Shown in pieces: positions 1 to 7,254 of a stretch of 27,330 bases of DNA. The stretch is from a virus (taxonomy: Duplodnaviria > Caudoviricetes). A program made the translations under genes and the position numbers. The notes below the pieces were generated by a model. The model saw nothing but the letters and a program-made list of their open reading frames with translations, made no database searches and had not been told where the DNA came from. Numbering within the stretch: position 1 is the first letter of the stretch; every line of letters begins with the position of its first letter. The stretch is from positions 1-27,330 of IMG/VR virus record IMGVR_UViG_3300009605_004204. The stretch is one strand, 5' to 3'.

Positions 1-9
1 TCCGCATTT

Positions 10-1029
10 TTACCCCCTAAAACATGTTTGAGAAGCTGCATCAAAAAATTGTTTCCAATTCTGTATAAATATATCCTCTGAGAATTTATCTAAAATTGTT
101 TCCCTAGCCTTTTTACCCATCATTATTGCTGTGTCTTCTTCGTTTAATAGGATCGCCAAGTATTTTCTGAGTTCTTCCTCATCGTTGCTGACAAATCCGT
201 TTACGCCGTTGTTTATAATTTCTGGAATCATGCAGGTTGCGGTGCTGACAACTGCGCATCCACAAGCCATAGCCTCTAGTAGGGATGTTGGAACAGGAGA
301 AATTGTAGAGGTATTCAGAAAGATTCTGCTGTTAGAATACAATCTAGATAGCTCTTCAATACTTTCCGCCGGTTCTGATAATCCCGGTGTGTCTCCAACA
401 ACATGAGATGGAAAATTCTTAATAACTCTTTGCCATATTCCAAATCCGCAACACCAGTCTCGATTGATCCAGTCATTAACTACAGAAAGAATGTGATTCT
501 CCCTTTCTTTTTCTCCACCTATCTTAAATAGGTCTGTATCCACTCCATGATGTATTACGAGTGTGTCGTTTCTGTCTTCCCACCCCCATTGTCCTAGACT
601 GAATTCTGAAATAAACAAATTGATATCTCCACGCATCTCCCTCAAAGAATTCAGCATATCCTCTGTCCAATCAGGAACTGGCAGGGTATGTTCCAAACTT
701 ATCATGGGAAGATGGAGAGTGTTCGAAATCTGTTTTGCTAGTTGGTATTGTCCGAATTTATTTTGAGACAGCACCAAGTCGAAATCCAAATGTAATGGAA
801 TTTGTCTAGCTCCTAAACTTGAATTTAGGAGCGTATAGTTTTGTGGTATTTCACCGTAATTTTCGTTCCAGTCTTTAATTCCCTCGGCTCTGTAGGCATA
901 AAAATTATGACCCGTTTTTGCCAAGCTAGTTTCGTAGCGTTCATGCGTAGGAAATGTGAGTATATTCAGAGGCTCTTCATCTCGGTGCGTTGCCGCTTTT
1001 GTTATCGATGATACGGGACTAATTGACAT
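10..1029 (-). CDS. GT-B fold glycosyltransferase (GT4-like)
   Basis: Motifs 'VIHHGVDTDLF', 'FLNTSTISPVPTSLLEAMACGCAVVST', 'PEIINNGVNGF', 'MGKKARETILDKFS'. ATG at 1029 (TTG 1032 alternative) overlaps the upstream stop. First Glu of the E-x7-E motif is replaced by Ser. Confidence 0.88.
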   Translation of the reverse strand: MSISPVSSITKAATHRDEEPLNILTFPTHERYETSLAKTGHNFYAYRAEGIKDWNENYGEIPQNYTLLNSSLGARQIPLHLDFDLVLSQNKFGQYQLAKQISNTLHLPMISLEHTLPVPDWTEDMLNSLREMRGDINLFISEFSLGQWGWEDRNDTLVIHHGVDTDLFKIGGEKERENHILSVVNDWINRDWCCGFGIWQRVIKNFPSHVVGDTPGLSEPAESIEELSRLYSNSRIFLNTSTISPVPTSLLEAMACGCAVVSTATCMIPEIINNGVNGFVSNDEEELRKYLAILLNEEDTAIMMGKKARETILDKFSEDIFIQNWKQFFDAASQTCFRG

Positions 1030-2152
1030 CAAGAGCCTTCTTTATTAGACTTCCTATGGCTTCGTAAGAATATTCTTCAATTCTTTTTTTTCCTTTTTCT
1101 TTCATAATGTTGCATGCGTTTGCATCATCATTCATGTGTAGATTGTAAACATGCCTCATTGCCTGTTGTAAACCGATAGGGTCTATAGATTGCCAAGTTT
1201 CATTGGCGGTATATAAATCATCGAAAGTATCCATCATGCCAAACACAGGCTCTTCTCTAGAAGAAACTAGAACACCCTCACCCTTATCCATAAAATCCGC
1301 CATTCCTCCTACACCTGTGCATATTGGAGTATTGCCGAAGCCCATCGCGTCAAAAGCTGGAATACACCAAGCTTCACCATAGCTAGGCATAACAAAACAA
1401 TCACAAGTGGCGTGAAGCCTTCTGACAGTTTCTTCATCGAGGCGGTCTGTAATGATAAGGTCTTCTTTATAGAATTCTAAGCTCGGGTACAACTTCAAAC
1501 CAGTTTTAACATTGCTGCACATCTCCTTGACTTCCGCAGCGCAGTCATCTGGAGAGGTATTATATTTACCAGTTTTGATTACGATTGATACTGGTTCGTG
1601 AATATCAAATTCGCTATGAAAAGCTCTAATAAAAGCAGCTAGATTTTTTCTTCTGTTTAAATCTCCGATAAAATAAAAAACAAAGTTATCCTCTGAATCT
1701 GGTATATCTATTGGTTCATAATTACGATCAAATTTAGACGTGTCTGAAGCATGCGGGATTACTTTTATGGGTATGTTGATCCCGCTTGACTTAGAAACAG
1801 TGGCCATTTGATTGTTAATGACCCACGCTTCATCCATCTGATTAATTCGATCAGGCCATATGGACCATGTAAAGCTATTTGTTTCTGTAGCATATAACGC
1901 AATGTTTCTGTCAAATTTCCCATTGTAATCCATCATGTGTGGCAAAACATGTTGTATGCAAATATCACATCCTCTGCTTATTTTGTTCTCAAGCTCTATA
2001 ATTCGTTCTGGCAGTTCAGGGGAGTTAGAATTTAATTTCACGGCTCTGGGAACTACATCTATTCCCACGGAATCCATAGCTAATATATAATCTATGGCGG
2101 CTTGCGCCCATCCAGTTCCATCTCTATAGCATCCAATATATAACACCTTCAT
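1019..2152 (-). CDS. GT-B fold glycosyltransferase (GT4-like)
   Basis: 'MKVLYIG...GTGWAQAA', 'FYFIGDLNRRKNL', 'DCFVMPSYGEAWCIPAFDAMGFG'. Start moved to ATG 2152, which forms a TGATG overlap with the upstream stop. Confidence 0.88.
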   Translation of the reverse strand: MKVLYIGCYRDGTGWAQAAIDYILAMDSVGIDVVPRAVKLNSNSPELPERIIELENKISRGCDICIQHVLPHMMDYNGKFDRNIALYATETNSFTWSIWPDRINQMDEAWVINNQMATVSKSSGINIPIKVIPHASDTSKFDRNYEPIDIPDSEDNFVFYFIGDLNRRKNLAAFIRAFHSEFDIHEPVSIVIKTGKYNTSPDDCAAEVKEMCSNVKTGLKLYPSLEFYKEDLIITDRLDEETVRRLHATCDCFVMPSYGEAWCIPAFDAMGFGNTPICTGVGGMADFMDKGEGVLVSSREEPVFGMMDTFDDLYTANETWQSIDPIGLQQAMRHVYNLHMNDDANACNIMKEKGKKRIEEYSYEAIGSLIKKALDVN

Positions 2153-3789
2153 CACGATAGCCCTTGCCTCTTTTGCTCCCAAAAATTTCTACGCATGCAC
2201 AAATCTATGAGATAGTTGTAGGCAATTTCTTTGTTGAACTTCTCAAATTGTGGCCTAGCAAACTGCATCGAATCTTCATTAAAGTACATTCCTCCCGTGC
2301 CCTCTAGGTGAAATCCATAGTTTAGATCTCTTACCATTCTAGATTCCATATAAGAATTAAGTCTATCTGGTTCACCCAAAACATTTATAATTAGCCACTG
2401 CACATATTCTTTTGGGGGAAGCTCATCAGGAACTCTCGTTTCTGGCATATGTATCCGTGGTTCTGATTTCCAAGTTTCTGATTCTGGCCTTATCTCCACG
2501 CTATCAAAGTAGTTTTCCCAAATCTTGGCAGTATTGTCCCATTGATAATATTTATCAAAGTTCTCCTTTATTTTTACACCGAGCTTTAGTCTTTCGTTTT
2601 CAGGCAAGTTAAAGAATTCTTCTATTTTCTTAGCTGAATACTCATTGTCTGGCACAGCCCTATTGCAGCCGGTTTCCAATTCTGAATACAGAGCTTTAAC
2701 CCTTAAGGGTTCTCCACCCAATTTACGAATGACGCTAGACATGGCAGAATAATCTACCGACATTACAGGAACTCCGCAAGCAGCAGCCTCTACTTGAGGC
2801 AGACCAAAGCCTTCGCTATTAGCATACTGCAAATATAAGTCAAAAGAATTCATAACGTCTGATAGAAACTGATAGGAGACGCCCTTTTGAACACTGGCTA
2901 ATCCGGCAGAATGTCCTCCACAAAAAGAACATCTTGTTCTGGCATCTGAAAAGTATGCAGGAAAAGCGTTTTTGCAATCCATGCAGACATATGTCAGTAT
3001 GATTTTGCTTGATAAGCCATACTGATTAATAAGCTTAGGAATGTCCCATCCAACATCTGGAAAACTTGTATGGCAGTAGAGGTAAATGTCTGATCTTTTG
3101 GAAGAGTCCAAGAACATTCTGAAGGTCTTGAACAAATCTGGAAACAATTTTCTTCTTTGGTTTCTCATTACTGTTCCGATAACCATCGTATCGGGATCGA
3201 AACCCATATTTTTCTTGTGCTCCTTTTTATCTAGAACCGGCCTGTATGCCGCATCCGCAGAGGGTGGAGCGCATCCAAGGCAATTGATCTTTCCCATTCC
3301 CTCCCTTTTTAAAACATCTCTACCCCATTCGGAGTAGTTAAAAACACCTTCGGCATTAGCGTATGTAGACAACCACTGCTCATTCTGTGGTTCGGCATCA
3401 ACAGTTGGCATTATGACCCAATGAAAGTATTTCCTAAACGGAGACCTTTCTTGATAGTCAATCATCCAGAAATCTCTGATGTCGAATACTATATCTGGTT
3501 GAAAGTCTAGAAGAACATGTTCAAATCTCCATTCTCCAAATTGGTTTGTGCCCTTGGAATTATACTCGTTCAGTTCTTGTTTGTTATCTTTTTGCGGGGA
3601 ATTAGGATAGAACCGCCAAGGTATTTCTCCGACTCTTGGATCGCTAGACTCTCCATAACTGGCAAATTCCGCAAGGTCATATTTTCCGGTCTGGTGCAAC
3701 CGCCTCATGACCTCCCTACCATAAGTAGCATATCCAGTATGAAGATAGCTTGCTTCGCAGCATAAAAGAATTTTTTTCTTCCTACTCAT
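2152..3789 (-). CDS. GT-B fold glycosyltransferase (GT4-like) with inserted C4 zinc ribbon
   Basis: 'TGYATYGREV', 'IGTVMRNQRRK', 'ANSEGFGLPQVEAAACGVPV'; internal CMDC-x14-CSFC; about 110-aa C-terminal extension. Confidence 0.88.
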   Translation of the reverse strand: MSRKKKILLCCEASYLHTGYATYGREVMRRLHQTGKYDLAEFASYGESSDPRVGEIPWRFYPNSPQKDNKQELNEYNSKGTNQFGEWRFEHVLLDFQPDIVFDIRDFWMIDYQERSPFRKYFHWVIMPTVDAEPQNEQWLSTYANAEGVFNYSEWGRDVLKREGMGKINCLGCAPPSADAAYRPVLDKKEHKKNMGFDPDTMVIGTVMRNQRRKLFPDLFKTFRMFLDSSKRSDIYLYCHTSFPDVGWDIPKLINQYGLSSKIILTYVCMDCKNAFPAYFSDARTRCSFCGGHSAGLASVQKGVSYQFLSDVMNSFDLYLQYANSEGFGLPQVEAAACGVPVMSVDYSAMSSVIRKLGGEPLRVKALYSELETGCNRAVPDNEYSAKKIEEFFNLPENERLKLGVKIKENFDKYYQWDNTAKIWENYFDSVEIRPESETWKSEPRIHMPETRVPDELPPKEYVQWLIINVLGEPDRLNSYMESRMVRDLNYGFHLEGTGGMYFNEDSMQFARPQFEKFNKEIAYNYLIDLCMRRNFWEQKRQGLS

Positions 3790-4309
3790 CTAAATGGGCT
3801 TCTTGTAGAAGTTTTATTATTTGTTTGAACTTGTTCTTAAGGGATCCTTTAGAACAACCAATCTCTTCGGCAATTTCCCTGTTGGAATAGTTCTCCAGTT
3901 TTCTCTTTAAAATAAGGCTTTGTTCTGTTGTTAAAAGGCTATGCTCGATTTCGAAAAGTTTGTCTTTTTCCAAATAATAATACTTAGCATTGTCGGAAAG
4001 ATTTGACACGAGATCAGTATTATACATGATCTTAACCTTCTTATTCTTTTTTAACGATCTGTTGGAAAAATTTATGAGTTCGTTCTTTATACAGGCAGAT
4101 GCAAAAGTAGAAAATTTTGCTCTGGTCTCATCATATTTTCTTACTGCTTTCAGTAAGCCTATTAATCCAACCTGTATGTAATCTTCAAGAGCACCTTTAT
4201 CATTACTGACAAAAGTCAACGCTTGAGAAACAACCAACCCATAATGTTTTTGGATCAATTGTTCCTCAAGTTTTGACTCGTTGATTTCTGAACTAAAATT
4301 TTTATCCAT
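3782..4309 (-). CDS. RNA polymerase sigma-70 family factor (regions 2 and 4 only)
   Basis: Region 2 'EDYIQVGLIGLLKAVRKYDETRAKFSTFASACIKNEL'; region 4 HTH 'YSNREIAEEIGCSKGSLKNK'. Likely start ATG 4309 (MDKNF) overlapping the SSB stop. Confidence 0.88.
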   Translation of the reverse strand: MDKNFSSEINESKLEEQLIQKHYGLVVSQALTFVSNDKGALEDYIQVGLIGLLKAVRKYDETRAKFSTFASACIKNELINFSNRSLKKNKKVKIMYNTDLVSNLSDNAKYYYLEKDKLFEIEHSLLTTEQSLILKRKLENYSNREIAEEIGCSKGSLKNKFKQIIKLLQEAHLDE

Positions 4310-4700
4310 CTTCAGTAATGACAGACTCAACCGTTTTGTTTTCTTTGTCGGTTTCGTCTTGCTTCTTATTGTAGTTGAGAATTTTAAACTCTTTAACCCT
4401 AAACTTTATTTGATATCTTTTTACACCCTCTCGATCTGTCCAGTTATTCGGTCTAGCAGATGCATGCACAAAGATTTCATCTCCCTTTTCGCTGTATTTA
4501 GCAAGTGTAACGGCCCCCGTATCCCAAGCCTCAAAGTCGAAGTAGCTAACATTTCTTTTCTTTTCTCCGTCCTTTTCCCTGCGATATTCTGGAACGGCAA
4601 GCGTAAAAGTAACCAAGTCTACGTCATTTCTAGTCTTGATCAACTGAGGATTAGCCACAAGTCTTCCGAAGAAACGGCAATCATTTGTAATGTTATTCAT
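4302..4700 (-). CDS. ssb: Single-stranded DNA-binding protein (bacterial-type OB fold)
   Basis: 'GRLVANPQL', 'FTLAV', 'FDFEAW', 'KGDEIFV', 'WTDREGVKR'; SD-like AAGGAAG upstream; no C-terminal DDIPF-type tail. Confidence 0.9.
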   Translation of the reverse strand: MNNITNDCRFFGRLVANPQLIKTRNDVDLVTFTLAVPEYRREKDGEKKRNVSYFDFEAWDTGAVTLAKYSEKGDEIFVHASARPNNWTDREGVKRYQIKFRVKEFKILNYNKKQDETDKENKTVESVITEDG

Positions 4701-4734
4701 GTATCTTCCTTTTCAAAAAAACAACGTTTGACCG

Positions 4735-4767
4735 TAATACTATACCTGTAAGTTCTTATATTTGCCA
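4735..4767 (-). promoter_or_regulatory. Candidate promoter upstream of ssb-sigma-GT genes
   Basis: Minus strand TGGCAA-17 nt-TATAGT (-10-like at 4739-4744) in one of only two real intergenic gaps, 38 nt before the ATG. The -35 match is poor. Confidence 0.4.
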
Positions 4768-6345
4768 CACTCTTTCGATTATAAGGCTCCTGTCTGATTT
4801 ATATTTACCTCTTCTGGATTCTCCACCATATATCACCACGGTATTCCCTTCATATAATAGGTTTCTGTAATCTTTCCACTCATCTGCAAAAATGGCTACA
4901 TCATCTAAGGGACTTGTCTGATCTTCAACAGATAAAAAGGCCATGTCTTTTCCTTTATTTTTTCCCTTCTTTAAAGTGTAAGGTCTAACACTATTAATAG
5001 ACACGGCTAGAGCTACTTCCTTCCCCTTGCCGTTTAGAAACTCCTTGCACGTTGTATTTGCAGAACTAGTATCACAGGAATCAACTGTTGAATATGTGAT
5101 GGGAACACCCAAATAGTTTCGCTCAATCCCGGCAACCCAGTCCGGGGTATCCTCTAGGGAACAGGCAGGATTCCGTATTTGTTTGATTAAATCTTTGACT
5201 ATTTCGCTTCTCTTATAATTGAACGTGCCACCTCCCATTTTCTTTGTGGGACACAGAGCCACAAGAGCATCTTTTAAATTCTTCCATTCTTTATGGCGGT
5301 CATATATCCACAATCTTTCTTTGTCTGTAAGTTTAGACCAAGTATCGAATTCGTCTAACATTTTATTTCTGCTTATTTTATTTGCAGAAAACACTCCAAC
5401 AGAAATCATTGCTATAGCGGTAGCAGAACTTATCTTGTCCGACAGCATAACTAAGAACTCATACCAATCCCATTCACTGATCTTCTTTTCCAAAGCCTCT
5501 TCTTCCGCAGGTAATTTTTCCTTTAATTTCTGGATCTGATTAAAGCCAACAGACTTTATATCCGTTAATCCAAAATGAATTCTGTCATTAATTATACAGG
5601 TTTCTTCGTTCATCACCTCTAGCGAAGGAGGAAGTATAAAAATATCATTGGTCTTGGCATCTGATACTAATTCTTTGATCTCTCTCTGAGAGTCGGGTTT
5701 ATTTTTAGCATGTCTTAAGCAGTGGCAATAAAACTCGATTGTATGATGCGCTTTAGCATAAGCGGACCAATAACCACAAATAGCATAACTAACAGCATGA
5801 GACTTGTTAAAAGCATAACGGCTGGATTTTTCAATCCATGAGAATATCTCTTCCGCTGCTTCTCTAGAAACAACATTTTCATTTTCAGATCCCTTGATAA
5901 ATTCTCTTTTGATCTTACCCATGAGACCAGCCTTCTTTTTGCCGATAGCTTTTCTCAAATCATCTGCCTGTTGAAGATTGAATCCCGCAATCTTCTGTGC
6001 TATTTTCATGGACTGCTCTTGGTAAACAAGAACCCCTTGAGTTTTCTCTAGGATAGGCTCTAGAGCTTCGTGTATATAGGTTACTTCTTCTTCTCCATTT
6101 TTTCTATCAACATAATGCTGAGTCATAGACTTTCCATCAACGATTGCCTTGAGACAACCGGGACGCAACAAAGCGGTCAGAGCCGCTAATTCTTCAAGAT
6201 TTTTTGGACGAACACGTTTAGCCCAAGACTTTCCCAGACTGCTTTCCAACTGAAAAACCCCTTTGGTTTTCCCCTCGCAAATTAGATTCCAAGTAGGGGC
6301 GTCATCGTAATCAATATTGTTAACGTCAAATATATAGTTTTCCAT
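4756..6345 (-). CDS. dnaE: DNA polymerase III alpha, C-terminal half (fingers, HhH, OB fold)
   Basis: 'GVFQLES', 'ALLRPG', 'TQGVLVYQEQSMKIAQKIAGF...ADDLRKAIGKKK', 'YAFNKSHAVSY', HhH 'FGLTDIKSVG', OB 'MAFLSVEDQT'. ATG 6345 preferred over TTG 6381. Confidence 0.93.
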   Translation of the reverse strand: MENYIFDVNNIDYDDAPTWNLICEGKTKGVFQLESSLGKSWAKRVRPKNLEELAALTALLRPGCLKAIVDGKSMTQHYVDRKNGEEEVTYIHEALEPILEKTQGVLVYQEQSMKIAQKIAGFNLQQADDLRKAIGKKKAGLMGKIKREFIKGSENENVVSREAAEEIFSWIEKSSRYAFNKSHAVSYAICGYWSAYAKAHHTIEFYCHCLRHAKNKPDSQREIKELVSDAKTNDIFILPPSLEVMNEETCIINDRIHFGLTDIKSVGFNQIQKLKEKLPAEEEALEKKISEWDWYEFLVMLSDKISSATAIAMISVGVFSANKISRNKMLDEFDTWSKLTDKERLWIYDRHKEWKNLKDALVALCPTKKMGGGTFNYKRSEIVKDLIKQIRNPACSLEDTPDWVAGIERNYLGVPITYSTVDSCDTSSANTTCKEFLNGKGKEVALAVSINSVRPYTLKKGKNKGKDMAFLSVEDQTSPLDDVAIFADEWKDYRNLLYEGNTVVIYGGESRRGKYKSDRSLIIERVWQI

Positions 6346-7012
6346 CTGCAAAAGCCTTTTCAAAATGTACTTTTTCTGCAAACTTACGCTGCATTTTCAT
6401 AAACCTAATCATGATATTGGCAGTGTCCTTTATGTCCTGAAGGGCATCATGAGCATTTTCTTTGGAAAGACCAAAGTAATCTCGAAGAGAATCTAAGCTA
6501 AACTTTTTTACGTCTGGATTATTTTCCAGCCATCCCCATACCAAATTCATTACGTCAACTCTATGAATTTTGTTGAAGAGGGTTTGCCTACCCGTTTTCT
6601 TATCGACGGGACCGTATTGTTGACACATTCTGTCAGCAATAATTAAATCAAATCCGTTTATATTATATCCAGCAGGTATTGGGGCAAAGTAAGGAGTCTT
6701 TTTCCAATTGTATTTATTGACAAAGTTTGAGAACTTCCCCCAAACCTGCTTAGGGGATGGCGCCTTTTTCAGATTAGCCCTAGTCTTTCTTGTAATCTCT
6801 AGAGCTTCGTCTTCTATGGGGTCTAGGCCCATCTCAATGGCCTTGTCGTCATCTAGGATAGGGCGAATTTCGCTATTGAAATATCCCTTCGGTTGTATGG
6901 TAAGCTTTCTTCCGTGAATGGCAACTGCTGCAATCTGAGTTGGCTGAGTTTTTTGAGGATCTCTGCTTCCAGTTTCAAAATCGAATACAATTATGTCATG
7001 CGCCGAAGGCAT
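6326..7012 (-). CDS. DEDDh 3'-5' exonuclease (DnaQ/epsilon-like)
   Basis: ExoI 'VFDFETG', ExoII 'GYNINGFD', ExoIII 'AHDALQD'. Confidence 0.9.
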   Translation of the reverse strand: MPSAHDIIVFDFETGSRDPQKTQPTQIAAVAIHGRKLTIQPKGYFNSEIRPILDDDKAIEMGLDPIEDEALEITRKTRANLKKAPSPKQVWGKFSNFVNKYNWKKTPYFAPIPAGYNINGFDLIIADRMCQQYGPVDKKTGRQTLFNKIHRVDVMNLVWGWLENNPDVKKFSLDSLRDYFGLSKENAHDALQDIKDTANIMIRFMKMQRKFAEKVHFEKAFADGKLYI

Positions 7013-7254
7013 TACTTGTCTCCATTAATGTTTAAAAGTTTGTGTTTAATATTCAAAAATTTAGATATAGCGTCGTTGTAATTTAAATATAGTCTGCTAA
7101 ATCTATATCTGTTATCCTCGCAATGAACCTGATACTTAATACCACTTCTCACGGTATGAAAATCATTAAGACAACAGATGCTCAGAGCTTTCCACTCCTC
7201 GTATCCCCCGTTTTCCAGCTTGTTTCGAATTTTCTCTCTGTACGAAATGTTCAT
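7012..7254 (-). CDS. Hypothetical 80-aa protein inside the split dnaE cassette
   Basis: ATGA overlap with the dnaE-N stop and TAATG overlap with the exonuclease start; no recognisable motif. Confidence 0.7.
   Translation of the reverse strand: MNISYREKIRNKLENGGYEEWKALSICCLNDFHTVRSGIKYQVHCEDNRYRFSRLYLNYNDAISKFLNIKHKLLNINGDK

Noticed and set aside
4710-4733. Intrinsic terminator at the T7 tract upstream of ssb
   Set aside because: No stable GC-rich stem precedes the T run, only a short AACGTT palindrome.
6346-7250. Intron or split intein explaining the dnaE interruption
   Set aside because: The interval is fully tiled by two coupled ORFs, there is no room for ribozyme structure, and there are no intein N- or C-terminal motifs on either half.
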